From: Felis catus
Taxonomy: Eukaryota
Assembly: GCF_018350175.1 (NCBI RefSeq)
Contig: NC_058371.1
Coordinates: 31,496,001-31,560,000, forward strand
Direction of reading: 5' to 3'
DNA: 64,000 nt
Shown: one piece after another, positions 13,351-26,322 of the stretch
Layout: every line of letters begins with the position of its first letter
Numbering within the stretch: the first letter of the stretch is position 1
Notes under the pieces: model-generated
Told to the model about the DNA's origin: nothing
The model's input: only the letters and a program-made list of their open reading frames with translations
Databases searched by the model: none
Program-made: the position numbers and the translations under genes

Positions 13351-16300
13351 GCATTTGTTAAATTAAAAGCAAAATAGGATTGTCTTGAGGATAAAAGGCT
13401 GCTTGACCCAATTCCTGGCACGAAGTCAGTCTTCCTTCAATGTTCAATTTTACTTAGAGGTATCACAAAAGGGGGTCAGGGCTTGGGGCACCCTAGGGGC
13501 ACAGAATCCAAGGGCATTCTTCAGTGCCCCGTGTGGGCCAGGGGCCAGGGGCCAGGGACCAGGGGAAGGGCTCGGTGGGGTCGGCTCAGGTAGAAAACCC
13601 ACTGAGGAGTAACAGGTTATGAGAACAGACAGGATAAAGGCGTCATTGAGAGGAGGCCCGAGGCTCCCGGGGTCACAAGAAAGAACAGCCCAGAACTTTA
13701 AGTCTTTTGCATAAAACTAAATAAGACCAAGATAAGCAAAACAAATCTGTCCTGTTTACACAGCAAGTAGGCACAGGTTGTAAAATGCAAGACAGTAAAT
13801 GCCAGCACAGGAGGAATCAGAGACCCTCTTTCAACCAACATAAATAAATATAGACTTTTCACCTCCCAGGGAACCTCTACCCAATCAGAACAGAAATCAC
13901 AAACTAATCACCATTATGAGCGTTCCCCTAATTCCTATCACAAGCAAAGAAACCTGAGCCTATTCTGGAAACATCACTTCAGTTAAATCTCCCCGCAGGC
14001 TTTTTAAAGCATTGAAACAATTTATATATTCAAAATCCCCCAGGGATACGGGCACCACAGGCTGGGATCCAGGATCTGGTTCTCCCATGTCAACTTCTGG
14101 GGAGGAGAGGACCTAGCAGGTGAACTTTGTAAGGGCTGGTAGCCAAGGCAGCCCGAAGGTCTGCCGATTTCCTGAGCAGACCCCTTCCATCAGCCCCGTT
14201 TTCCAGACACTATAGCCTGGGCACCAGCCGGATGACCCAAGAGGGTGTGCGTGCACATGCATGTGTGAGTGTGTGCATAGGCATGTGCGTGCATGTGCAT
14301 CTGCACGCCGGTGCGCGTGTGACAGGGACAGAGGGGCTGGAGGGGAGTTCCCTCCACCTCCCGGGGCCTTCAGGCTGCTTTAAGGAAATGGAGACGTCCC
14401 TGTTTTCACCACAAAGGCTGCCATAAAGTCAAATCCAGACTACGAACAAATTACAGAAAGAATGCAGGAAAGTAAGGAGCAACAGGGACCCTAGGGGCCA
14501 GGGAACGACAACCTCAAGGGTGTCTGTGTGGGTCCTGGTCAGACTCTGCTCCGAGGAGCTCCACCTCGAAAGAGGGGCGGCAGCTGGCTGCGACAGACCC
14601 AGATGAGGTGGCTGGGGAAACATGTGAGTAATGACACTTCCTCTGTTTGTCTCAGCTTTTGGTTGCCCGGGGCTACCGGACCACAGATTCAGTGCTGGCT
14701 TGCCAAAAATAAGAGATTACAGGGCTGTGTGGAACATCGCAAAAACATAAAAGCCCCACTGCAAGGCTTTCACGTGCAGAGCGGGTTTGTCTCCGTTTTC
14801 CTTCCTGCTGGTCCCCTGTTGGGAAGGGAATCCAACTATAAACTCAAGGACCTGCAGCTTCCTTATTACGGCCCAACAGAAACCCGTATACTCGCATACA
14901 TAATGGGTAGAACTATGTCAAATGCTACAGCCAAAGACCCAAGGTCAAGGACAACAACGGAAAAAACAAGAAGCAAATTAAAGAAACAGGGTCATGTTTA
15001 CATTCCTATTCAAGTAGATAATCAAACAAACCCCATGATCTGATTACAATCACCTTTCTGAGGAAATGTGGCCCAAAATAAAAGATGTCATGCTCACAAC
15101 TACTGTATTTCAGGGCATCGTTTATGGGCACACGCCAAATAATATAATAAAGACAACAAGAGGACCTAGTTCAGATAAGAAGTGATGTGTGCTCGGGACT
15201 CTAATTAGCTGACGAGCAACTAATCCACCTTGTACAAAGCTGCTGCGACAAGAGTCTCACTGTGCCTGAAAAAGAACATACCGGCTATTGGATGGCAGCT
15301 CAACCTAGAAGCAAAAGCATGGGGCGCCTGGTGTCTATTCTGTTTATTCCAGTTTTGCACAACTGTCTTCCTTGCATCCCCTCCAAAGAAAGTTGGGCAG
15401 GGAAGGAAGAGTTGGTGATGTCATATGTTGACTGGGACCTATCTAGAGCCAACATAATTGACGGGTGTTTTCCTCCTAGGAACCTGGACTGAATTCAAAA
15501 ACACAGCATAACATCTCTGGAGTCTGAACCATGGTCATTGTATCATCATGTGCTCCCCATCTCGGGCGGAGAGCTAACGGTTCAATGGGTCTTTTTCCCC
15601 TAGTTGGTTAATAAGACTCTGAATAACGGCCAATGTATCTGGACAATGAGGTTTAAGCCCGATAAGGGACCCAGCTGTTCAGGGAGCCTGTCGTTAAACC
15701 CTATCACCGTGTGGGTAGTTGAAAGTTCACAAACGCCAGCCTGCGCCACGGTACATAAAATCCAAACACTTCCTCACATTATGTTCTCTTCCTCCCCAAG
15801 AACGACAGGGGTGAGAGATAATAACCCAGATGCAAAGGAGCGTTCCAAGGAAACTTTTCTTTTTATAAAATTCCTTTAAGTGCAAAAGTACTTAAATGCC
15901 AAAAACCTGGAAAACAAGAAAGAATTTAGGAAAAACCCAAAATTTTCCGTTGTTCCATCATCCAAAGAAAATACATGTCTGATGTATGTCTACCCAATCT
16001 TTTTTCCTACCCACGTACACACCCACTTACGTATTCTTTACAAAAGTAGTATCCTAACTCTACAGTATATAAGTTATATTTTAATAAAGCTCTTTTAAAA
16101 AAGAAGCTCTCTTTAGAAAGTATCAAATCGGGATATAGGGATCACGGTCTACTTTTCTTCTATCGATATGTTGTGAGCATGTTCGTATTCGTAGATATTT
16201 TCCACAATAGTTTTTAATGACTACATAACTACCTTTTCCTTGAGATGGCTATCATTTACTTAGCCAACTATGTATTTCGCTCATTTAGGTTTTTAATCTT

Positions 16301-16727
16301 TTCTCATCAAACATAATGTTACAGTGAACACCCGTAGAGCAAAACAAGGCATACTGATAATTCAGACTCAAGGGGTATGAATATCTCTTGCTTATAAATT
16401 TGCAAGGCCCTGGTTAGATACGGTCTCACTCCCCTCCAGAAAGGCCAGATCAGTGGAAGCACCTAGCAGGCACTTAGGAGCGCCATTTCACCACAACCTA
16501 GTTAACAAGGTATTACTTCCTTTCACTATTTGAAAATTCAGTAGACAAAAATTAGCTCAATGTTATTTTAATTGGTATTCTGTATTACTCATTCAAGTTG
16601 AACATTTTCCCTTAAGTTTTATGGTAGAATTATTTCTTCGTTTGCGCATACCATGTTCATACCCTTATTTTTTCTATTAGTGTTCATATTTTTATTGAAA
16701 TGTTAACTTTTCATATTCTATTTTACT

Positions 16728-16729
<2 letters not shown>

Positions 16730-16780
<51 letters not shown>

Positions 16781-16880
16781 AAGTAGGCTCCATGACCCCT
16801 TTGGAGCCCAATGCCTGAGATCAAGACCTGAGCTGAGATCAAGAGTCAGACGTTTAACTAACTGAGCCACTCAGGCACCC
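16730..16880 (-). mobile_element. Short or deleted CAN-SINE with a (CT)n tract at its tail
   Basis: GAGATCAAGAGTCAGACGTTTAACTAACTGAGCCACTCAGGCACCC; (CT)n at about 16733-16775. Confidence 0.8.
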
Positions 16881-17732
16881 TTAAGATTCCACACTTTAAA
16901 TGCATCAACCCTTTCTCGTATTTTTCAAATCTAATTTCCTACTTCTGGTGTTTCTTTTGACTATTTTACTCTGATGATGTCTTTCATTTCTATGTTGTCA
17001 CGTGTCTCTGTCTTTTCTGATTCTACCTCTATCTAAAGCATGGGACTCTTCATCTGTATTTTCTCTGGTTCTCTCTTGACTTTGTTGCTTAAATTTAACT
17101 TGAACCATCTGAAAGGTATTTGGATAGAGAATGTGAATAAGGAGTTTACTTTTCTCTATTTTTCAAGTGGTTAACTATGCCAGCATAATACTATGACTGT
17201 GCCATCATTTCACCATGAGCTTGAAATGTTCCTTTTTTCACACAAATACCTATAGATTGTCTACTTTACCTTACTGACATTGATGTCTCTCCTAGAATAG
17301 TGCCATATCACTTTAATTATGACATGTGTATAGCTTTTTAAATATCCCATTAAGTATGGCTTCCTGCCCTTCTTCATTATGTGCTTTTAAAATATGTTCT
17401 TGGCTTTTAGGGTTTGTTGATTCTTTAACCCAAACTTCAGAATCATTCAGTCAAGTGTCAAAAAGCCAAAATACTCTTTGAGGTTTTGGTTGGAATCACA
17501 CTGAATTTATAGATTAATCTCTAAAGAATATGTTCCTTTACAGAATTAGGTCTTTCTGTGCATCAACATAGCATTTTTTTTTAAGTCTTTTCTCAAGTCC
17601 CATATATAAGAATGTATTCTTGTAATCCCGTTATTTTATATTTTGTACAGCTATTGTGAATGGGATTCTTAAATTATATTTTCCAGTTGGTTACGTCTGG
17701 CATATGAGAAAGCTGTTACTTTTGAATACATA

Positions 17733-17962
17733 TTTTTATTTTTTCACTTTATTAATTTATTTTGAGAGAGACAGGACGCGCGCGTGTGCGCCCAGGCACA
17801 AGCGGGAGGAAGAGACAAACAGAGAATCCTAAGCAGGCTCCACACGGTCAGCACAGAGCTCGGTGCGGGGCTCAATCCCACAAACCCAACAAACTGTGAG
17901 ATCATGACCTGAGCCAAAATCAAGAGTCGGATGCTTAACCAACTAAGCCACCTAGGTACCCC
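17733..17962 (-). mobile_element. CAN-SINE
   Basis: Reverse head AGCCACCTAGGTACCCC. TSD TTGAATACATA. Confidence 0.9.
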
Positions 17963-19299
17963 TTGAATACATAATTTTAAACTGGTCATGTTAATAAGCT
18001 TTCTTCTTAGACCCAACATTTTCTTCAGTTAATTCCTTTGAATATTTAAGACCACCTAACAAATAACAATCATTTTATTTTTCCTTTCCAATATTTTTAC
18101 CGCTTATTTTTCTTGTCTTATTACATTGGCTAGGACTTCCAGAACAATGTTATATAATAGAGATAGTAACTGGAATTCTGGCCTCTTACTCAGCAGGGAG
18201 GGAAACACTGAAGTATGTGCTGGGCAGGCACTAGTGCTCCTGCCCAAGTTCCATGGCCCAGAGACCTGAGGCAAAATGAAACTTCAAAGCAAAGAGAAGA
18301 GAGCAGTTTCTACACACTTTCCCCAACCGGACAAAAATGCCTTTGAGAAACACAGAAGATACTGGATTCTAAAACAGACCGAATGAATAAATGCAAGACT
18401 TGACAGGGAGGGAATTAGAATGGAGATGGTCAGATGTCAGACTTTTCCTGGGTCCTGCAGTGAAGCAGTGTCAAAGCACAGTGGCCACGGAGCCCAAGGA
18501 GCAGCCAGCAGCTGATTTCCTAGGTCTGGGCTTCCTCTGACTCTCTCCAGAGAAGAGAGATGTGTTCTCTCACACATTCATTCACCTCTATCCCCAACTA
18601 GGCCCATTTCTCACCCCCCACCCCCAAGAAGCCTTCTAAGACCATCCAGATGGAAGCTGTCCACTTGCCCTTCAGACCTGGCAGAGTACTTCTCTGGCTT
18701 TCACCTCCTCCCTGGCATAATTTCCAAGACACAATGACACCGCACTATCCACATCTGGCCATCTGACTCCTCACTCAAACTCCATACAATTGCCCCCAAA
18801 GACCTCCATTCAGTTAAAACAAACTGCTCTCAGGGAAGAGTAGTTACAGAATCTCACTCAGCGCCTGCCTCTTCCTACCCCCATACATTAGCGAGGATCT
18901 CCGTCCCCTGGTCCTCAAGCAGAAGGCATTCTTGAAACGTGAACTTAAAGGAAGGAGGCTAGCAACCACAGTCAGGTATTCTAGTAACAGTAAGAAGTAA
19001 GGGAGGCCAGGAAGGGAGGAGGCAGGGAAATGATGAAATGGAGACAAATACTCCCAACAGCTAGAGACCATTTGTGGGAGTTTTTAAAAGCCCAACACTT
19101 TTGCAAGCAGCACAATGCTCTAACACAGATTCAAAACAATAACGTGGGGGGGGGGGGGGGGGAGGCGGGAACTAACCTTGAGGCATTAAGACTTTAAATT
19201 ATGTTCCACTCCCTTCACTTAGAAGGAAACAGGCACTATCCCTGAAGAGGTTTTTTTGTTGTTGTTGTTGTTTTTTAATACACGAGAACAACAAAGAAT

Positions 19300-19425
19300 A
19301 TTTTCTTTTATTTTCTCCTACTTTACTATTACTTCTTAAGTAAACTCTATGCCGAACGCGGGGCTCAAACTCATCACCCCAAGATCAAGATTCACATGCT
19401 CTACTGACTGAGCTAGCCAGGTGAC
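19300..19425 (-). mobile_element. Old short CAN-SINE
   Basis: GGGCTCAAACTCATCACCCCAAGATCAAGATTCACATGCTCTACTGACTGAGCTAGCCAGG. Confidence 0.7.
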
Positions 19426-20052
19426 TTTGAAGAGGTATTTTTCATCAAAATAGTTAAAAGTGCTTTAGTTTTAAAGGGTAAATTTTTCAGGAGGGTGGAA
19501 GGGGCCTTTCAGAAAGGATGGAATTAACATTTATCATGTGCCAAACACATGCTCGGTAGTTTATATAATCTATCAAATATAAGCCGTACCGAAACCTTGA
19601 AACATCAGAAAACTGTGGCTAAAAATTACCATATGATTCAGCAATTCCACTTCTGGGTGTATATCCCAAAGGATTAAAAGCAAGGACTGGAACAGATACT
19701 TGTTCAGAGAAGACTGCTCACAATAGCCAAGAGGCGGTGACAATCCAAGTGTCCATCAACAGATGAGTGGATTTCAAAATATGGAATATCCATACAATGG
19801 AGTATCATTCAACCATTAAGAGGAAGGAAACTCGGACGCAGCCAGCAACATGGATGGACCTTGAAGACATTATGCTGACTTCAATAAGCCAGTCACAAAG
19901 AGGCAAACATGTACGATCAACAATTCATAGTCAAGTTCATAGAGTCAGAAAGTAGCACAGTGGTTGTAAGGGGCTGTGGGGAAGAGGACCAGGGAGTTAG
20001 TATTTACCAGGTATAGAGTCTCTGGGCTGCACACTTAAAAATGGTCAAAATA

Positions 20053-20238
20053 GGGGCACCTGAGTGGCTCCGTCGGTTGAGTGTCCAACTCTCGGTTTCG
20101 GCTCAGATCACTATCCCAGGATCGTGGGATCGAGCCCTGCCGAGTGTGGATCCTGCTTGGGATTCTCTCTCTCCCCCTCTGCCCCTCACTCACCCCCCTC
20201 TCTTTCCCTCTCTCTCTCTATGTGAAATAAAATTTGTG
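20053..20238 (+). mobile_element. CAN-SINE (older, first of a tandem pair)
   Basis: GGGGCACCTGAGTGGCTC head, flanked by AAATGGTCAAAAT. Confidence 0.88.
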
Positions 20239-20253
20239 AAAAATGGTCAAAAT

Positions 20254-20463
20254 GGGGGCGCCTGGGTGGCTCAGTCGGCTGAACATCCGGCTTCAGCTCA
20301 GGTCACGATCTCACAGTTCGTGAGTTCGAGCCCCGCGTCGGGCTCTGTGCTGACAGCTCAGAGCTTGGAACCTGCTTCAGATTCTGCGTCTCCCTCTTTC
20401 TCTGCCTCTCCCCTGCTCACACTGTCTCGCTCTCTCAAAAATAAATAAACATTTAAAAAAAAA
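20254..20463 (+). mobile_element. CAN-SINE (second of a tandem pair)
   Basis: GGGGCGCCTGGGTGGCTCAG head, flanked by AAATGGTCAAAAT. Confidence 0.92.
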
Positions 20464-22454
20464 GGTTTTTTTAAATGGTCAAAATGGTAAACCTCAAGCT
20501 ACGTATGTCTTAGGGAAATTTAAAAGAATAAATTAAAAAAGAAGGAAGAAAGGAAGAGAAAGAAAACTGTGGCTCAGACACACAAAAAGTACTTGCTCAG
20601 CTGGTATGCAGTGAAGGCAGAACTCAAACACCAGGTGGCCAAACCCAGAGTCCCTCCCAGCATCACACCTCCCTTAGGCCATGCCCTGCCCCTAAGGCAG
20701 CAACTCCTGAAGACCTACCCTCGCACAACAAGGGTTTCCCATCAGTGTCCCGGTCCTGCCCTCGAGGAACTGACTCTCCACCACCCGCAGTCCCTCAGCA
20801 TTGCCTGGGACAGGACTTGGTTGGGTTTTGAGGCAAACTGGAAGGGAACGGAGTCTGGAAAAAACAGGGGGCAGGGGCTCCCCTGCGGCCTCAGAGGTCA
20901 GTGGCAGCACTCCTGCCCCAACAGGATGCTCTCACACGACACCCCTCCCCACCAGCCTCCCCTCCCCACTCCCCTTCCTTCTAGACTCCCCCCATGTCCT
21001 TCCTGCTGGAACTTTTTTTTAATACCCAGCAATACTGGTTTACTTGTAAATTCTAAAGGGTGCCAGCCTCTTACTCACCGGCTCCCACGTGCCTCGATCC
21101 GGTCATGCATGCCTCGCTTTTGGCTGGACACCTCCTCCTGCTGCCCACCCCACAATCGGACTCCAGGGCAAAATCCTGGCCTGCCTTCAAGCCTCGGCGG
21201 AAGTCTCCCCCTGACCCTCTCAGGCAGATTTTAAAGATGTCTTCTTCTCAGCTGCCCCCTGAACCTTAGTGTAGGGGCTACCACATTATATTGTTAAGCT
21301 TTTATTTGTTGGTCTCCCCGATGGCCTGCGAGTTCTTTGAGAATGGAAACCCTGCCCGCAGTCTGAATGCTGAGACCAGTACCTACCGCGCAGCAGAATG
21401 AACATCAGCTGAACGGATGAATGAACAGGGTTTTCTTAGCAGTGGAAACCACGGCGCTCATTAACTTTGTTTAAACAAAGCAATAGCTGCGACGGCACTG
21501 AGAAAGTGACCACATCCTTCTCGTTATCACTCTCCGCCAGCCCACATCAATCGCGGCCTCCGCAGTCGAGCACAATACCATCAGTTCTCAGATGGAGCAG
21601 GTGCACGTTGATACTACGTCAGAAACATCCAGAGAGCGATGAGGGAGCCGCCCCAAATCCAGCGCGCGCACTGAAACCATGTTCACACGCCTGATGTCCC
21701 CTCGCCCGATGACAGAGGCGGGCAACATCCCACCAGGACGAGCCTGCATTCCGCCTTGTATTAGTTGGGTGGCCTTGGGCAAGTCACTTAACCTCTCTAC
21801 TCTGCAGCTTTCTCGTGGGAAATGCCGGGGAAGGGCTGGGGGCGCGGGCGTTTCCCACCCCGTCTTACAGATTGTGAAAAGGAGGGTCCCAGGGGAGAGC
21901 AGTTGTGCGTAAAGGGCTCTGTAACTGTAAATGCAGAAGGTAAACTATCTTCTTAATCTAGCCTATGGAGAGGGGGGATGCCCATCCGAGGCAGGAATGG
22001 ACTGGCCTGGGAGATTCCCAGGTCTCCCCGGGCCTGGCGGGCTTAGGAGCCTCTGCCAGGTTCCCTCCCTGGCACAGGGTAGTTTACCTGCCCACCCCAC
22101 CATAAAGCAGAATGAAGGATGGTCAAAAAGGCAGCAAAACAGGACTCACTCTGGGCCAAAGGGTGAGATAAGAGCCAATGTGGAGGGGGCAGAGGCAGTC
22201 ACTGCAGCCAGCCAGGCCAGTGAACCCCAAAAAGAGAATTTCAGAGGCCGTTGGGTGGCAGGGCTGCTTTTCTGTTGTATACGTGATTTCTGTTACCTGT
22301 CTCATCTCGATGAGCATTCCTACACTTGTCACATCAGATGCCCCTCTGCAAGGCTAGGAAAACACACTCAAAACCAAGTTCTCACATCACAGATCAAGAT
22401 GAGCGTGACTAAGGGTCAGTGAGCAAGCGGACCGGCCTTAAAATAAAGCCTAAA

Positions 22455-23160
22455 GTCAAACCACAATGACCTACGACCTCACTCCCCACCCCGGTGGCTG
22501 TGACCAAAACAACGGACAGTAACGAGCACTGGCAAGGATATGGAGAAACCGGAGCCTTCCTACAAGGCTGGTGGGAAAGGAAAATGGTGCCGCTGTAGAA
22601 GTTTGGCAGGTCCCCTGAAAGTGAAAGATAGAATTAGCATAAACCCCAGCAACCCATCTGCTGGATATACACCCAAGGCAAATGAAAACATATGTGCACA
22701 CAAAAACGTGTCCACCAAAGAACATTATTCATTTCGCAATAGCCGCAGAGTAGAAACAACCCAAATGCCGTCAAGTGGTCAATGGATAAGCAAAATGTAG
22801 TATATCCATACAATACACTATTATTATTCGGCCATAAAAGAGAATGAAGTGCTGATCCATGCCACAACACGCATGAGCCCTGAAAACATCAGGCTAAACG
22901 AAAGAAGCCAGACACAAGAGGCCACATATTACACGATCCCATTTATACGAAATGTCCGAATCCACAGAGACAGAGAGTAGCTGAGTATTTGGAATGAGCT
23001 GGGGGTGGGGCATAGCTGCTAACTGCTATGTGGTTCCTTTCGGGGAAGTGAGAATGTTCTGACTTCAGGCGGGAGTGATGGCTCCACAATTCTATGAATA
23101 CACTGAAAACCACTGAATTGTACACCTTAAAAGACTAAGTTTTATGGCATGTAAATTATT
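22455..23160 (+). mobile_element. L1M (L1MB-like) 3' end
   Basis: GGCAAGGATATGGAGAAACCGGA..AATGGATAAGCAAAATGTAGTATATCCATACAAT..CACTGAATTGTACACCTTAAA. Confidence 0.85.
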
Positions 23161-24048
23161 TGTTGTTGTTTTTTTTTTAACGAGTCAGTATAGTTTGTGT
23201 AAGCCAACATGCGCATACACACATAAATAACGAATGGATTAGTTAATTAATGAATAAAGCAAGCTTGAACTAATGAGACTATTACCTAGCATCTTTTCTC
23301 CTAGGGGGAAGCAGAACGGATAGGCAGTTCTTTTTTTTTTTTTTTTGCAAATTGCCTTCGAGACAAAGAGAATGCGGAGAAAGCCAGGGTCAAACCAATC
23401 CATGAGGAGGGAACCCAATCAAGAAAATAATGTTTTCTGGCACAATCCTGGATGGAAAACCCATCGGTTGCTAGAGGCCACCTTTAATTGGCAAGGAGAC
23501 AATGGAAATAAGGGATTTATGTCATAGAAACAGAAATGTTGTGCAGAACGTGGTTTCTGGATCATCTGACTCTCAGAACGAAGACAGAAAAGTCATATGC
23601 CTATTCGCTCAAGCCAAAGGCAGCAGAAATACAGTTGAATAAAAACTTTCCATCTCCCTACAGACAGAGAATCTATTTCTTTTTTATTTATCAGCTTTTC
23701 CAGTCTGTCTTTCACTAGGAGGCCTTGCCATTTAATGAAAATCTACACTTCACTGCAAACAGGAATAACACCTTCTTCAGTTAGTCTCTGGAAAGTAAGC
23801 TTTTTCCTAGAGATGAGCTTTGCACGGTAGAAAAGATTCTCTTCGTCAGAAGACTGGGTGAACTTCCACCTGCACTCACTGTTGGTAGTGAACTAAAATG
23901 CACACAAGACACACGGATACAGATATAAACACGCACCATGGGACAGAGGTCACAGGAATCATCTCAGTCCCGCCCACAAGGACACACCCCCTCCCAGGCT
24001 TTGGTTTCCCTGCGGCAACACGAAGAGACAGCAATAAACAATCTCTAA

Positions 24049-24280
24049 GGGGCGCCTGGGTGGCTCAGTCAATGAGGCGTCCAACTTCAGCTCAGGTCAT
24101 GATCTTGCAGTTCATGAGTTCGAGCCCCGTATTGGGCTCTGTGCTGACAGCTGAGAGTCTCTGGACTGCTTTGGATTCTGTGTCTCCCTCTCTCTCTGTC
24201 CCTTCCCTGCTCACACTGTCTCTCTCTCTCTCTCTCAAAAATAAATAATAATAATAATAAACCATTAAAAAAAAAAAAAA
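24049..24280 (+). mobile_element. CAN-SINE
   Basis: Full length, with a (TAA)n and poly-A tail. TSD AAACAAT..CTAAG. Confidence 0.92.
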
Positions 24281-24815
24281 CAATTGCTAAGTCTCAGACA
24301 CAGCCCTCACCTGGAGCTTGCAATCAGGTGTTGGACTACCATTCATCCCCCAGCAACTACGATTTTAATATTAAAATGTTAACCTGCCCTTTGAGCCAAC
24401 CGTGATTGAAAAGTACCGTTTTCCAATAAACACGTGGGTCTGTTTCTAGAATATAGGAGAGGAAACGATCAGGTGTCTTAAAACACAGCAAAATTCAGCA
24501 AAGCAAATTCTCCTTTTCCAAACTAAGATGGAAACTATGTTCTCCTGGGGCCAGGGGAGAAGTCTCCAATAACAGAGCTAAACGCTTTCAGCTAGAAAAG
24601 ACATTCAGGGGGTGGGGAGGATGTGCCATCATCATGTCCAAAGCAATACCATTTTGGAGCTACACTGACCATCTTGACTGAATCTCCATGAACGAAGACG
24701 GACGGGTATATGATGAAAAGTAAGGTGGTTGCTGAAGTCAATCACTACAAAGCAAACGTACCCCCCTTCAAATACCTCAGTCTCCAGGTGTCAAAATGAA
24801 ACGTTTTAACCGTCA

Positions 24816-25033
24816 GGGCGCCTGGGTGGCTCAATCGGTTGAGCGTCCGACTTCAGGTCCGGTCGCGATCCCGCGGTCCGTGGGTTCGAGCCCCGCGTCG
24901 GGCTCTGTGCCGACAGCCCAGATCCCAGAGCCTGCTTCGGATTCTGTGTCTCCCTCTTTCTCTGTCCCTCCCCCACTCACACTCTATCTCTCTCTGCCTC
25001 TCAAACATGAATACATTATCAAAGGAAAAAAAA
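24816..25033 (+). mobile_element. CAN-SINE
   Basis: GGGCGCCTGGGTGGCTCAATCGG head, CT body and degraded A tail. Confidence 0.9.
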
Positions 25034-25900
25034 GTTTTCACTGCCAGGAGCAAAACTGGGCCGGGGGCCCACTCGCCCTCACACACAACCTGCCCACATT
25101 GGGTGCCACTTGTGCGGCGTCACCGATTCCTCACTGCAACCCTATTAGGCAGGAAAGTCCAACCCGGGCCCCTCCGGCAACTGACGACACCACGACAGAA
25201 ATAAGGGACACCTTGCCCGAGCGAATAAACAAGCAGCAAACACCAGAACGAAGGTCTCCTGATTCCTAGCTCCGTGAAGATGTGTCATCAAGAAGCCGGG
25301 GCCTCAAATTCTTTCCGTTACACCTCATGCGTCTCCTCGGATTATCTCCGTGCAGGAAACAACAATGTGCAGAGCAGCAATCCCAGCCCTGCACAACCGT
25401 CTGACTTTCCTCCCTGTCTCTGCTGCTCCTCCAACACTGCCATCTGCCTGAGGTGTTTCCCGATCGGACTTGCGAAGAACACAGCCCGCTGAGCCTCGTG
25501 GAGGGCCATGCCAAAGCGAGTCAGAGAAATGAGGAAAGACGGGGCCCAGGCAAGGGCAAGAGGATCTTTGAAGCAGCTTGCGTGACAGGACTCAGCACAA
25601 TCTGGTCCAGCATGGAAAAGAGCTCCTGGGCCTCCCAGAAGCAGGAAAGTTCCTCGCGTGAACGCATGGCATCGGTTACTCCTCTCGATTGCTTTCCAGT
25701 CACCCTGGGACACAGGGGGAAATCTAGGTCATCAATCCAGTGCTTCTGTCGGATGGTCAGATACTCCCCTGCCACCCTCTTGGCGAGCATCTTCCCCCCC
25801 TCGCCCAGACACGGCCTCCTGCTTAGTGAGAGATGGTCACACTATCTGATCACTTCCCCCCTTTATATTACAGGAAAAAATGCTTTTAAATTTTTTTTCA

Positions 25901-26113
25901 GGGGCGCCTGGGTGGCGCAGTCGGTTAAGCGTCCGACTTCAGCCAGGTCACGATCTCGCGGTCCGTGAGTTTGAGCCCCGCGTCGGGCTCTGGGCTGATG
26001 GCTCAGAGCCTGGAGCCTGTTTCTGATTCTGTGTCTCCCTCTCTCTCTGCCCCTCGCCCGTTCATGCTCTGTCTCTCTCTGTCCCAAAAATAAATAAACG
26101 TTGAAAAAAAAAA
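25901..26113 (+). mobile_element. Young CAN-SINE inserted in the tail of an opposite-strand SINE
   Basis: Full length. TSD AAATTTTTTTT(T)CAG. Confidence 0.94.
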
Positions 26114-26322
26114 TTTTTTTTTCAGTGTTTATTCTTGAGAGAGACAGAGACAGAATGTGCGTGGGTTAGGGGCAGAGAGAGAGGGAGACACAGAATCTGA
26201 AGCAGGTTCCAGGCTCCGAGCTGTCAGCACAGAGCCTAACATGGGGCTCGAACTCACGGACCGCCAGATCATGACCTGAGCCAAGGTCGGACACTTAACT
26301 GACCGAGCCATCCAGGCGCCCC
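26114..26322 (-). mobile_element. CAN-SINE
   Basis: Reverse head GAGCCATCCAGGCGCCCC. TSD AAAAAATGCTTTTAAAT at 25875-25891 and 26326-26342. Confidence 0.92.

Larger units (their letters stand above)
15900..18160 (-). mobile_element. Fragmented ancient L1 (L1ME/L1MC-like), AT-rich, carrying two SINE insertions
   Basis: T-rich antisense-L1 phrases (TTGGTTGGAATCACACTGAATTTATAGATTAAT; GGCTAGGACTTCCAGAACAATGTT). Boundaries approximate. Confidence 0.65.
19620..20520 (+). mobile_element. L1M (L1MA/MB-like) 3' end, interrupted by two SINEs
   Basis: ACCATATGATTCAGCAATTCCACTTCTGGGT..CCAAGTGTCCATCAACAGATGAGTGG..CATGGATGGACCTTGAAGACATTATGCT..CACTTAAAAATGGT. Confidence 0.85.

Noticed and set aside
19146-19163. 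Poly-G runs (also about 35175 and 57126) as G-quadruplex elements
   Set aside because: Simple homopolymers that are common and prone to sequencing error. No evidence of function.
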